A stretch of DNA of 64,000 nt, from IMG/VR virus record IMGVR_UViG_3300030061_001589; one strand, written 5' to 3'. Positions within the stretch are counted from its first letter, which is position 1. Each line of letters begins with the position of its first letter. Origin of the DNA: an uncultured virus (IMG/VR IMGVR_UViG_3300030061_001589) (lineage: Duplodnaviria > Heunggongvirae > Uroviricota > Caudoviricetes). The notes beneath the pieces were generated by a model. That model did not search any database, was not told the origin of the DNA, and was given only the letters and a program-made list of their open reading frames with translations. The position numbers and the translations under genes are program-made. Shown here one piece after another: positions 48,400-64,000 of the stretch.

Positions 48400-48969
48400 T
48401 CACACCCAACGTGGACCTTCGGCCCATCCTACTAGGCTTGTTCTACTACCTTTAGTAATAGGTGCTACTCCGTGTTCATAGTAAGACAAGAAACATATTA
48501 CTGTACCTTTCTTAGCAAGTGCTATTGGGTCGGGATTTTGTGTATGACTAAATGTTAATTCTCCACCTTCATAATCTTCGGGGTCTGATAGTTGTACTAC
48601 GATACTTACTTTTCTGTGCATACCATCTTGTCTGTTCCAATCAATATCGTGGTGCATACCATAGTGGTAGCCTATATCCATATATTCTGTAAACTGTAAT
48701 GGTGGTAGATAAGATACTTCTACACCAAAATGTTCATTTGCTTTTTCTATATACCACATCATTTGTTCTGTAAGAGGTTTGTATTTTTCATCTTGTAGCC
48801 ATCTTATTTGTGTTTTTCTGTGGCTATCTTCTTTACCTTCACCTGTTCTAAAGGTAGATGCCGCTTGGGGTTCTGCTTCCTTTGCCGCTTCAATTATTTC
48901 ATTCACTATTTCTTCACTCAACGCTTCTTCCCACATTATCCATGCAGGATGTTCCATCATTTCTGACAT
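48400..48969 (-). CDS. 2OG-Fe(II) oxygenase, prolyl-hydroxylase/PKHD type
   Basis: LQFTEY, HHD (HxD), RKVS, YEGGEL, H.V.P...G.R.SLV.W. Confidence 0.92.
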   Translation of the reverse strand: MSEMMEHPAWIMWEEALSEEIVNEIIEAAKEAEPQAASTFRTGEGKEDSHRKTQIRWLQDEKYKPLTEQMMWYIEKANEHFGVEVSYLPPLQFTEYMDIGYHYGMHHDIDWNRQDGMHRKVSIVVQLSDPEDYEGGELTFSHTQNPDPIALAKKGTVICFLSYYEHGVAPITKGSRTSLVGWAEGPRWV

Positions 48970-49063
48970 AACGTACCATTACATCATAGGGTATATAAGA
49001 TGTATTACAATAACATACCTAGTTTTTTCATTAAGTATAACCAAAATCGGTTATACCCTTCCA

Positions 49064-49381
49064 CTAACAATCAACACCATCAGTAAATCCGGTCATAGTT
49101 TTAAGATTTATATAACATTGTTTAATTATATTGTATTGAGTTTGTTCCGCACTAACATTTAAATCAAAATTATTACCAAAACCACCAATAGGTGCTGCAT
49201 TTGCTTCATAAGCGGCCTGTGAAGCATATATTTTACCGTTATAATTTATTTTAAAACCTTTACTTAAACTACCATCAGCATTTATTATTGTTTCTTTTGA
49301 AGCCATAGTATTTGACATAACACATATTGCGTCATTACAAGTTATACCATAGTCTGTTACATAGTCTATTTTTAAGCCCAT
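49064..49381 (-). CDS. Fibre-associated small protein
   Basis: TTTATAAA 30 nt before ATG 49381; QCY..LK...F....DC tail. Confidence 0.65.
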   Translation of the reverse strand: MGLKIDYVTDYGITCNDAICVMSNTMASKETIINADGSLSKGFKINYNGKIYASQAAYEANAAPIGGFGNNFDLNVSAEQTQYNIIKQCYINLKTMTGFTDGVDC

Positions 49382-49418
49382 ATCCTTACCACACATCATT
49401 TGTTTTATAAATCATTCT

Positions 49419-49925
49419 CTAAACAAAGTTTACTGTTATCTCCACCTTTGCGGTTGATACGACACCGTTAAGAGTGCTTTGTCCTCTTACTGCAAAGATT
49501 ACAGTATCATTACTAGCAGGTGTGTTAATTGTTTTACCTACCGTCTGACATTGAATACGAAGAACTTCTCCCATACCACTTGTGGCATCTTGAGATGTAG
49601 ACGCTGTGCCTACAATACTTGCAGTATTACTATTACTTAGACTTGTCTGTCCGATTTGTAAAGACCACGCAAACGTAGGAGAGCCACCCCCTAGCCATCT
49701 TAAATATCCTGCGGGTATAATATCTAACCTGTCAATTCCAAAATTATTACAGATTTGATTAAATGCGTTTGCATCTACGTCAAGAGTAGCACTAAATCCA
49801 CTTGAAGTTAAAGAAAACTCGCTACCATTAAGTGCGCCGGCTAAAAGAAAAGGTGAACCCATTAAAGAATTAGTTGCCGTACAAGCATTATTATAATTAC
49901 CGCTAGAGCCTGTCGCTACACTCAA
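49419..49925 (-). CDS. Beta-rich putative virion protein (start may lie further upstream)
   Basis: Ser/Thr/Gly-rich ORF downstream of the fibre. Confidence 0.6.
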   Translation of the reverse strand: MSVATGSSGNYNNACTATNSLMGSPFLLAGALNGSEFSLTSSGFSATLDVDANAFNQICNNFGIDRLDIIPAGYLRWLGGGSPTFAWSLQIGQTSLSNSNTASIVGTASTSQDATSGMGEVLRIQCQTVGKTINTPASNDTVIFAVRGQSTLNGVVSTAKVEITVNFV

Positions 49926-49980
49926 AAGAGCAGAACTCCCTATTTGAGAACAAATACCTATTATTGTTGGATAAATAATA

Positions 49981-55887
<5,907 letters not shown>

Positions 55888-55915
55888 ATACTTTCCCTCT
55901 TTTATTGTTTAATAA

Positions 55916-57247
55916 TTATATCACTAATGCGCCCATGATAATGATACCACTATCATTATTACTTACAACTAAGTCGCCTATATCAAGTGTTCCACCGCCA
56001 CCGCTTTCTCCACCTGTGTTAGTAGCCCAAACAGGACTACCGCTATTTATAGTAAGCACCGTTCCTTCTGAACCTGCGGCTAAGATTGTCATATCATCGT
56101 GTCCCTGCCCCACTAATATTGCATCTTTAGTAATAAACTCTCTTCCTGTACCCCCCTCTACGACAGAAGTTGAGGGCGGTGTGTTTCTACTGCGGTAAAT
56201 ACCATCAGATACTTGAGAAAAGTTCCAATCTCCTTTTACCGTAGGTCTTTTTACGGTGTGTATATCAGCACTTTGTTTTGATTGTGAATAAGGACCGTAT
56301 AATGTACCATCAGTTTCTATGACTAATTCATTACACGTTAGTGTACGACCATCAGATATAATCCAATCGTGTGTAGATGCCTCAATAACTACTTTGTTAT
56401 ATTTGACGTTAAACATTTTTAGTGTAGAATTACCGTAGGTTGTATCTCCATTTACAGGTAAAACTTGATTACTAGAAGTAGCGGTATAGTGTACAGTAGT
56501 ATTACCCCAATTATATTCTTCATGTGCTATGCTAATAGTGCCTTGTAATTTAAATATTTTTGACAAATCATCTATATCAATTGTTTGAGGTCTTACTCTT
56601 ACGGTAGAAGGAACAACAAAATTACCAATATCTACAGAACCGTATGTATTCCACACCGCACCTGTTCTTGTATATATGTGTTCAGGGCTAAATGTAGCAA
56701 TACCGGATGCGGTAGCCAATGTAATTTTAGGGTATTTACCGTCTGTTAAAGTCAATATACCTGCGGCGGGTAATGTAAATGTTATTATACTATCAGAATC
56801 CGGCTCTCCGTTTGTACCCGCCCATATACTTGTGTTTGCTTCGTACTGTATGTAAAGTCTATTATTTGTTTGAGTTGCGGCACTATCGCCTATTGGAAAA
56901 GGTGGTGTACCTGTAAAAATCCATGTAGTACCTGTGTTATCTTTTATACAATTCGCTACTTGAATTATTAACCCTGCTTCAAAATATAAAGTAGAGCCAC
57001 TACAATTAAAAATCCTACTACCCGTAAATGTAGAATCTATTGTGACAAGATTTAGATAACGTGTATTAGCACCAAAGTTTATTCCTTGTTGGGCTACTGA
57101 TGTAAAGTAAAGTGCATCGTCATTTCCTGTTTGTAGCCAATCAGCCGGAAGGCTGCTTGCTAGTGAAGAACCGTTTGAAGTTGTAGACCAATTATTAGCA
57201 ACCATAGGGTCAGTAGATGCCGCACCAACCCACCAATAATTTGTCAT
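55916..57247 (-). CDS. Beta-helix-like virion/fibre protein
   Basis: WVG..STD..VANNWS N-terminus; V.EGGTG fibre motif. Confidence 0.65.
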   Translation of the reverse strand: MTNYWWVGAASTDPMVANNWSTTSNGSSLASSLPADWLQTGNDDALYFTSVAQQGINFGANTRYLNLVTIDSTFTGSRIFNCSGSTLYFEAGLIIQVANCIKDNTGTTWIFTGTPPFPIGDSAATQTNNRLYIQYEANTSIWAGTNGEPDSDSIITFTLPAAGILTLTDGKYPKITLATASGIATFSPEHIYTRTGAVWNTYGSVDIGNFVVPSTVRVRPQTIDIDDLSKIFKLQGTISIAHEEYNWGNTTVHYTATSSNQVLPVNGDTTYGNSTLKMFNVKYNKVVIEASTHDWIISDGRTLTCNELVIETDGTLYGPYSQSKQSADIHTVKRPTVKGDWNFSQVSDGIYRSRNTPPSTSVVEGGTGREFITKDAILVGQGHDDMTILAAGSEGTVLTINSGSPVWATNTGGESGGGGTLDIGDLVVSNNDSGIIIMGALVI

Positions 57248-57259
57248 ATTTTACCCTCT

Positions 57260-57700
57260 TTAATCTTGATAAAGAGAGCCGGACAATTGCGAGCCGGTTG
57301 TTGTTCCTCCGACTCTTGATGCTGTTGTTCCCGATTTAAACGCACTACCACCCTTCTCTTCTATCGCTGCTAAAGCGTCTTGTGCTGATTTCTCAAAAGA
57401 CGCTAATTGTTTATTGTATCGAATGTCAGATGTACCTTGTTCTTTTTGTGGGAATACAGCAGGTATAGTATCTATTAATACTCTTAGACAATCTACACAA
57501 ACTAAAAACTTTACTGCACTTTCTTTTAAGGTATCAGTAGGTGCGCCTGTAGTATCTACACCAAAGTATTCTGCTACTCTTGCTTTTTTGTTTACTTCTG
57601 CTGTACGAATGGTAATATATTCTGTGATTGTACCATTGTTTAGACCTCTAGGTCTATTAAGTAAATCTCTAATATTATCCGTTGTGACTGCCATCTCCAA
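57260..57700 (-). CDS. Head-tail adaptor-like protein
   Basis: VT.DNIRDLL...ITEYI helical pattern; downstream of capsid. Confidence 0.6.
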   Translation of the reverse strand: MEMAVTTDNIRDLLNRPRGLNNGTITEYITIRTAEVNKKARVAEYFGVDTTGAPTDTLKESAVKFLVCVDCLRVLIDTIPAVFPQKEQGTSDIRYNKQLASFEKSAQDALAAIEEKGGSAFKSGTTASRVGGTTTGSQLSGSLYQD

Positions 57701-58067
57701 ACCTCTCCCTGTAATCTAACGGTACGTCAAGCACTATATTGTTTGATGAAGGTTTGGTTGCTCGGCCTAGTACTACTACAAGTTTAGTAGCAATAATTTT
57801 TTGAACCATTTCGCTATTTGGAATCCAATAAGGTTTCTTTGCATTTCTACTTAACAAAGACATAGGGTGATTAGCGTATCTTCTACCACCGTTCTTATGC
57901 GCCCTTATTAACCATCCCGGTCCGGGCAAATAATTATCTAATCTAAATTGCATATCCTCTATATTACCACTTTCGGGCAAAGGAATACCTGCTTCTTTCA
58001 ATGCAGATGCAAGTTTAGCCTTAGAAGGTTTCTTTGGCTTCGCCTTAGCGACTTTTTTATCACTCAT
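57675..58067 (-). CDS. Basic hypothetical protein
   Basis: AGGTGA RBS; late operon. Confidence 0.65.
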   Translation of the reverse strand: MSDKKVAKAKPKKPSKAKLASALKEAGIPLPESGNIEDMQFRLDNYLPGPGWLIRAHKNGGRRYANHPMSLLSRNAKKPYWIPNSEMVQKIIATKLVVVLGRATKPSSNNIVLDVPLDYRERFGDGSHNG

Positions 58068-58084
58068 TCATTCACCTTTTAATC

Positions 58085-58501
58085 TCAAGGGTTAGAATAT
58101 CCAAGTACGAATACATGGACTGCCGGTGCTGTATCATCAGATGATGTAGATGTGACTTTAAGAGTACCACCTGCACTAATCTTGTAGTAGGAATCATCTA
58201 TTTCTCCACACCTTACAACATCTTTGTCACCTGCTGTTCCTGTGACAAAAGCATCAGTAATAGCGTCAGTACCGTTAAGCAATTGTAGACTGTTAGCGTT
58301 TGCGCCGCCATCTGCTAAAAGATGACACCACACATCAACAACTTCTAAGTTGCGGTCTACAGTTAGTGAAACGCTTTCTGTTGCGCCACCATCTACTGCT
58401 ATTTTGTAAAGGATAGGTATAGACCCACCTGTTCCACCATTAGAGACTTGCTTTGTGTTAAGCCCTGTCATTAGGTTTTGGAGTTTACGGTTAATAGGCA
58501 T
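58085..58501 (-). CDS. Putative minor capsid/decoration protein
   Basis: Beta-sandwich-like; directly after major capsid gene. Confidence 0.55.
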   Translation of the reverse strand: MPINRKLQNLMTGLNTKQVSNGGTGGSIPILYKIAVDGGATESVSLTVDRNLEVVDVWCHLLADGGANANSLQLLNGTDAITDAFVTGTAGDKDVVRCGEIDDSYYKISAGGTLKVTSTSSDDTAPAVHVFVLGYSNP

Positions 58502-58515
58502 TTATTTTAGCCCCC

Positions 58516-59427
58516 TTAAGCCCTTACGCCTGTAATCTTACAGATTCGGTTGTTCTTACCTGCTGCTGCACCATCCTGCATTTCGTGGATAACGCTACCC
58601 ATGTAAGATGTTAATAGCCAATCAAAACCGACTCCCGGTAGACGTGTTAATTCTGTCTCTTGGAATCCCGGTCCGTTGTATGTGAAAAACTCGGCTGTTT
58701 CTGCGCCCGGTATAAGTAGTAGACCATCGTTTACCAATGCGCTACTTGCCCCGAAATCTCTTGTGTAGTAAATTGTTAGGTTTGCGATTCTACCCAAGTG
58801 TTGTTGTAGAGACTCGACTACGTTTCCGTATAGAGTTGTGTTAAGCATAGCACTTCTCTTGTCAGCAGGTAATACTAGAGCCATTGGCTCATTACCGCTA
58901 ACCTTTGCGTTAGCAAAGATTAAGTCCATAGCGTCTAGCAAGTCTTTTTCCTCGTCTGCTGATGCACTACCGAATGTTGATGTTGCTGCTTGTGATTGTC
59001 CATTACCCGCCATTAACTTTGTTAGGATATGGTTGTCTATTAAGTCTGCACGACCTCTTACAACAGCCATTTGTTGCCTGTCAATGTTCTCAAAGGATTC
59101 GCCACGTAGTCTTACTGCGTCTAGGAATGTGACTCTACCCTGTCCTTTCTCAAGTTTAACTGTGTAGTTTGCTGTTCCGATGTTTGTTGGGTCTGTTAGA
59201 GCAACGTCATCAATTGGATAAGCGAATGTACCTGTCACTCCGGTGTACCACTTAAACTCTAACCAAGGAACGGTTCTTACACCGACCAAATCAGTCGCTA
59301 TTGCGATTGTATTAGACTGTAATTGAATGAAATCTCTTAGAGTCTGTTCTAAAACCGCATCTCCTACTGAAAACGGGCCTGTTGCTGCTTCTACATTTAA
59401 TATTTCTTCTAGTGTGTTATTTACCAT
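58516..59427 (-). CDS. Major capsid protein, HK97 fold
   Basis: About 300 aa after protease and decoration genes; long spine helix, C-terminal ICKITGV; GAGGTGA RBS. Confidence 0.85.
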   Translation of the reverse strand: MVNNTLEEILNVEAATGPFSVGDAVLEQTLRDFIQLQSNTIAIATDLVGVRTVPWLEFKWYTGVTGTFAYPIDDVALTDPTNIGTANYTVKLEKGQGRVTFLDAVRLRGESFENIDRQQMAVVRGRADLIDNHILTKLMAGNGQSQAATSTFGSASADEEKDLLDAMDLIFANAKVSGNEPMALVLPADKRSAMLNTTLYGNVVESLQQHLGRIANLTIYYTRDFGASSALVNDGLLLIPGAETAEFFTYNGPGFQETELTRLPGVGFDWLLTSYMGSVIHEMQDGAAAGKNNRICKITGVRA

Positions 59428-59455
59428 TTTATTCACCTCAATTTATTTGCTATAT

Positions 59456-59869
59456 CTAACAAGATACAGGAATAAAGTCTCCCGATGCGATTGCACCTTC
59501 TCCACCAAAGTAGTACCCTACGAATACTGCTGAATTGGTTGAGTCATCTACTGTGACCGTTCCGTTATCGGAAGCAGTCTGTGAAACATATACAGACATT
59601 CCAAACTTAGGTGCTGCTTTTGCTGCACCTGCTTTAAGATAGCAAATACCGTCAAGAGCAACTACTGAAACTGTTCCTGTACCTGCTGCTTCTAATGCTT
59701 GGTCTGCATCTCGGCTTGATTCAGCCATTGTGTATGCAATTGGTGTGTCTGTCACACTTGCTGTCATTAGTATTCCACCTGCACCGTACTTAACTAAAAG
59801 TCCTTTGCTTGCGAAAGTTTCTGCTATATCTACTACGTTTACCGGGTCGTTTCCTGAATATGCTACCAT
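59456..59869 (-). CDS. Capsid cement/decoration protein
   Basis: Small Gly/Ala/beta-rich protein between protease and capsid. Confidence 0.7.
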   Translation of the reverse strand: MVAYSGNDPVNVVDIAETFASKGLLVKYGAGGILMTASVTDTPIAYTMAESSRDADQALEAAGTGTVSVVALDGICYLKAGAAKAAPKFGMSVYVSQTASDNGTVTVDDSTNSAVFVGYYFGGEGAIASGDFIPVSC

Positions 59870-59870
59870 T

Positions 59871-61796
59871 TTATCTCATCTCCTTTATTGTGTCGTATGT
59901 TGGGGCAACCATTTGTGTGCCTTCTCCAACTGCGAGTGTTTTGTTCCATGCACCGGCCCAAGCGTTCCATGCTTTAGCGTATAGTGCTTCATCGTTTTCT
60001 ACTACTCTACCATTTAGATAGTTAGAAACTTTGTGAGTTGATTCAGAAGCGATTGCTTCTTCGATAGGCTTCTCGACTGATTCAACAGGAGACATTTCTA
60101 CTTCTGTTGGTGTCGGGTGTGCCTCATTCCATGAAGCAATTAGAGAAGTTAGTGTATCGGATGACAAATCTTCGTGTCCCGACATTCCTAATTCTGATGC
60201 CTCATCAACAAGAGTTTGACGTGATGCCTCTACTCTTGCTTCTTCTTTTGCCTCAAACTCGCCAACTCTTGAATTGGCTAAAACGAGGGAAGCCTTAAGT
60301 GCTTCAATTTCTGCTGCGTAATCTACTGTATTTTCTTCTTCGGTCATTATCTCACCTGTTTGTTGGTCTGTGTCAGTTTGTGAATGTCCTATAAAGGTTG
60401 CTTCTGCTGCCGTTGCTTCTATTTTTCGTATAGAATCTATTGTAGCCCTTTGATATGCGGGTTTATGTACAATAGCAAGGTGGTCGAACTTAAAATCTTC
60501 ACCAAACAACATACCATCTTCGGAAGCCTCGACAGGTACGCCGCTACCCCCAATTGACACTCCGTAGTTATCCCTAGACCATAGGCCGGACTCTAAAGCA
60601 TCAAATAATTCTGTTCTTACAACGTGTGCTACATATCTAACTTCATAACCACCTGCTACGGTTTTATGGAATGATGCGCCTTTAATATATCCGACTACTG
60701 CTTCTTCTACGCCGCCATTCATATTTCTTGTAAAGCCACTACCATGTTCACTTGCTGCCGGATGATTTAATGTTAGGTCTGCACCTTTCATTTGTTCTGC
60801 TACTAACTTTGCACCTTCTTCTGTCAAAGCCCATTTGTTCTTATTCATACCTTCATGGAATGCTACGCCTCTTATTTCTATAACAGTTTCTCCGGTAGAT
60901 GCTTCTACTATTGCTTCTACCTCATCGAAATCTAAATCTAGTGTGACAGAAACTTTTCTGCATTCACCATCTATCATTTCTTCACCATATCCACATTCCT
61001 TAGCATATTGCTTTTTCTTCATATAACCTGCTTCGTGGTCCTCTTCGTCATGTGCTTCATCTTGGTCTTTGAAAGTATGTCCTTCGTGTGCAGCCATACA
61101 TTCTTCTTTAGAATATCCTGCTTTTTGACACCTAGACATATATTCACCGTGTGTTTCAGAATCTTTAGGTGTAGGTTCTGCTGCTTGTTTCAAAGCCTTT
61201 TCCATTGAAGGTTCGGGGTCCTCTACATATGCAACACTCATACATTCACCATGAGATGCACATTTTTCTTGTGTCATACAAGAAGAACAAACGTCATATG
61301 CTGCTTCTGCCTTTTTCTTAATAGGAATACAGTTAGGTACTTTTCTACCATTTTTCATTTTCATACCGTATTGTTCATATCCCGCAGTACAAGGGTCATC
61401 GGCATCTTTAGCCTCGACTTCTTCATCATTACATCCACATCCACATGGTGTTCCATCTTCTGCTTCTACCTTTGTTCCGCCTCGCCATTGTCTACAAGAC
61501 CAATACCTAGCCTTCCATTTTGGGCCGGGTGTTTTACAGTTATGTCTAGCACGAAACGATTTTCTTCTAGCGGGGTCATCTCTTTTGATTTCCATGTTAG
61601 GGTCGCCAAATCGTACAATAACTACTGTGCCGCTACCATTTTTAGTATATACTGCAAACTTTTTAGGTCCACCCTTTGTTCTAAAGGGTTTATTGAGACT
61701 TACAGTACGGCCTTGATACTCGGCTGCTGAAACATCTTCTTCATCCCATTCTTCGTATGCTACTACTTCGCCACTACAACCGCATCCGCACGACAT
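59871..61796 (-). CDS. Prohead protease-scaffold fusion with long Cys-rich N-terminal extension
   Basis: GVAFHEGMNKN.W, LNH, VSIG and FDHLAIV..PAY motifs; coiled-coil scaffold tail. Confidence 0.85.
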   Translation of the reverse strand: MSCGCGCSGEVVAYEEWDEEDVSAAEYQGRTVSLNKPFRTKGGPKKFAVYTKNGSGTVVIVRFGDPNMEIKRDDPARRKSFRARHNCKTPGPKWKARYWSCRQWRGGTKVEAEDGTPCGCGCNDEEVEAKDADDPCTAGYEQYGMKMKNGRKVPNCIPIKKKAEAAYDVCSSCMTQEKCASHGECMSVAYVEDPEPSMEKALKQAAEPTPKDSETHGEYMSRCQKAGYSKEECMAAHEGHTFKDQDEAHDEEDHEAGYMKKKQYAKECGYGEEMIDGECRKVSVTLDLDFDEVEAIVEASTGETVIEIRGVAFHEGMNKNKWALTEEGAKLVAEQMKGADLTLNHPAASEHGSGFTRNMNGGVEEAVVGYIKGASFHKTVAGGYEVRYVAHVVRTELFDALESGLWSRDNYGVSIGGSGVPVEASEDGMLFGEDFKFDHLAIVHKPAYQRATIDSIRKIEATAAEATFIGHSQTDTDQQTGEIMTEEENTVDYAAEIEALKASLVLANSRVGEFEAKEEARVEASRQTLVDEASELGMSGHEDLSSDTLTSLIASWNEAHPTPTEVEMSPVESVEKPIEEAIASESTHKVSNYLNGRVVENDEALYAKAWNAWAGAWNKTLAVGEGTQMVAPTYDTIKEMR

Positions 61797-61827
61797 GATT
61801 TTTTAATTTAGGGTTTGTCTTATTAAT

Positions 61828-62178
61828 CTATTCTAGTATGCCGGACTGTTTTAGACTTTCTATCAAATCTTTATACAAAGAATAATCAGATAAAGTACAT
61901 ATAGGCTCTATATGTGTATCACCTATACTATAATTAACGTATGATTTAGGACTTACATATACCTTAAAGTCCTCACTAACGTAAGTGTAGTTATCTTCTA
62001 CTCTTATAATAATATAAAATGGTTCTTTATCTACTATTTCTCCGGTAATACTACTACAAGAAATCATATTCGGGTCATAAAAAGGACTTGTTTCAAACGC
62101 AGGTGTAGCAAAAGGCACAAGAAAAACAGACATCATACATATAGCGATAAACTTTTCTATAACTTCGTCTTTATCCAT
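61828..62178 (-). CDS. Membrane-anchored hypothetical protein
   Basis: N-terminal hydrophobic helix; coupled to a 26-aa upstream ORF. Confidence 0.6.
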   Translation of the reverse strand: MDKDEVIEKFIAICMMSVFLVPFATPAFETSPFYDPNMISCSSITGEIVDKEPFYIIIRVEDNYTYVSEDFKVYVSPKSYVNYSIGDTHIEPICTLSDYSLYKDLIESLKQSGILE

Positions 62179-62290
62179 TAACCCCACTTTTCCGTATCAA
62201 GGGCCATAAAGGAAATAGCAATAAATAATAAGATGCAACAAACTTCGTTAAGTGTCATAACACTAGGTCATCCTAGTGTTTTATGATTAT

Positions 62291-62797
62291 TTACTTTTTG
62301 CTGCCTTTAGTAATTTGAAATGCTTCCATATCTAAAGTATGTTTTTGTTGCATGGCTTCCATATCCAAATCGTGTTGTAGTTTTAATTCTTCTAGTTTAC
62401 GAGTATGGTTTTTAGATGCGTTAGTAGATTCTACGTCAGCGTTTAGTCTGTCGGGTAATACTGCAATTTTAGCACTTTCTTTACCCTTAAATAAATCTAG
62501 TACACTTGTTATAATAAGAAGTGCAGGACCACCTAATAGACCAATAACTGTAAGTTGTGAATCCGATATATCCCTTTGTTCTACAACGCTGTAATAAGAA
62601 GCAGCCGCAGCGATTATAACCCACGCCATAACAACACCCATACCAAAAGTTAGCATAAGTGTTTCGTTGGGATTTGACATTTTTGGGCTACTCATGTCTT
62701 TTCGTTGTTCGGGGTGTCTTTTAAGTATTATTGCTGCAACAGCACCCAAAGCCGCTAAAACAAGGCTATACACCGCAAATTGTAATTCCGGTATCAT
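62291..62797 (-). CDS. Three-TM membrane protein with C-terminal coiled coil
   Basis: Three hydrophobic segments; ATGA overlap with portal. Confidence 0.7.
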   Translation of the reverse strand: MIPELQFAVYSLVLAALGAVAAIILKRHPEQRKDMSSPKMSNPNETLMLTFGMGVVMAWVIIAAAASYYSVVEQRDISDSQLTVIGLLGGPALLIITSVLDLFKGKESAKIAVLPDRLNADVESTNASKNHTRKLEELKLQHDLDMEAMQQKHTLDMEAFQITKGSKK

Positions 62798-63999
62798 ATA
62801 TCTTCCTCACTAGGTGCGCTTTCTTGTTCATTCTCTCTAGGTAAACTTCCTACATTTGCAGGTTGTTCGACCTCTTTTCTTTCATCACCTTCTTTGCCTA
62901 TTTCCGGTAAGTTTAGAATATCAAGGGATTGATTAAGCGTAAGTAGGCCACCATCATAACCCATTGTGACTCTTTGCATAACATTTAGTGGAGACTCCAT
63001 ATCCATAGCGTCAAACTTGATAGTAGGCAAATCTTGTCGTCTATATGTTATACCTAATAGGTCTAAGTGCATCATAAATAGTTGCATAGCCGATTCCGCT
63101 AGTATTTTGTGCATACGGCTTATTGCTTGTACGGCCCAAAGGTTAGCATTGAATGTTGCTGCGAATGTAGAGCCACGTTCTTGACCTGCTGCTACTCTTG
63201 GTACTTGCAGAACGGCTGCAATATCGGCATTTATACTATCTAGGAAATCTGCACTATTAGGCATTGTATTACCTAAATCTACGTGGTGTAGATTAACGTA
63301 ATGCGGTAATACAGGTATTTGGTCGCCCCTTAAACCGGAGAATAAACTAATTACCTCATCCATAATAAATGATAGTCTTTGTGATTGCTCAACAGGGTCT
63401 TGTATGTGTTCAATAGCAGATTTGTCTATTGTAATGTATTGTTTAGTCATAGCATCTTCTAAAGATATACGATTATTCATACTGTTGTATTTCATGCGTA
63501 TTGCTTGTTTTAGTGCCGAGAAACGTGATGCACCCCATATACCATAAGTCTTTCTACCTTTGTTATCTGTAAACCAATTAGAACGGAAATCAACCTTTAT
63601 GTGTAATATTTCTTTTGCGGAAATAGCAACTTCGTAAGGTGATGTTTCCCGCATAATATATGTTCTTGGGTTAATTATAGGGTTATCTTCGTCAGCAACG
63701 AAGTAAGAACCTACACCGCCTCTTTCATCAACAATAGTTATTTGTTTGATAGGAAGGCTTTGTAGACCTGTGACTCCTATACCTTGTTTACCTACTATTT
63801 TGTTAATGTCATTACCGTAAACCATCATATTACGCATAGAGTTAATCATAATGTCATCAAAGTCAAGAGTATCTTCTACAAGTGTCTGTATGGCGTTTCT
63901 TATCTGTGCATTTTTACCTTTAGAATAATTTATTTCGTAATTATTAGCCGTAAGTGATACAGCACGAACCGCACCGTTCAATTCCGGGTCTAACTTCAA
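62794..63999 (-). CDS. Portal protein (5' part outside the window)
   Basis: MVYGN, EILHIK, YGI, IAAVLQVP and GLLTLNQ motifs; first gene of the head module. Confidence 0.85.
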   Translation of the reverse strand: MKLDPELNGAVRAVSLTANNYEINYSKGKNAQIRNAIQTLVEDTLDFDDIMINSMRNMMVYGNDINKIVGKQGIGVTGLQSLPIKQITIVDERGGVGSYFVADEDNPIINPRTYIMRETSPYEVAISAKEILHIKVDFRSNWFTDNKGRKTYGIWGASRFSALKQAIRMKYNSMNNRISLEDAMTKQYITIDKSAIEHIQDPVEQSQRLSFIMDEVISLFSGLRGDQIPVLPHYVNLHHVDLGNTMPNSADFLDSINADIAAVLQVPRVAAGQERGSTFAATFNANLWAVQAISRMHKILAESAMQLFMMHLDLLGITYRRQDLPTIKFDAMDMESPLNVMQRVTMGYDGGLLTLNQSLDILNLPEIGKEGDERKEVEQPANVGSLPRENEQESAPSEEDI

Positions 64000-64000
64000 C

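Overview
The window is most of the genome of an AT-rich, head-tail (siphovirus-like) archaeal virus. Its gene content and archaeal TATA/leaderless signals fit the 'magroviruses' linked to Marine Group II Poseidoniales; this host assignment is an inference. The + strand (1-31.5 kb) opens with a repeat-rich control region of single-gene transcription units, then about 40 small early genes, then an archaeal-type replication block (MCM-like ATPase, RFC, RPA-like, GroES/GroEL, RecA/Sak4-like ATPase, PCNA-like clamp, PolB, Cas4-like nuclease, fused primase, XPF). The - strand (31.5-64 kb) is the virion module: partial portal, protease/scaffold, HK97-type capsid, collagen-like fibre, 2OG-Fe(II) oxygenase, tail tube, frameshifted tail chaperones, tape measure and a giant tail-tip protein. 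The most striking unexplained structure is about 30 copies of G(A/C)CTACAAAA in 1-5.3 kb. Six of them form 44-bp sites of identical geometry (two 18-bp arms around an 8-bp core, always one GCC arm and one GAC arm) in front of the terminal transcription units. Also notable are an 11-copy ACGCTT-TATA-start promoter with fixed spacing, a second promoter class for replication genes, a candidate origin before the MCM operon, and apparent avoidance of GATC, AGCT and CCAG/CTGG. All protein calls come from motif recognition by eye; no searches were run.
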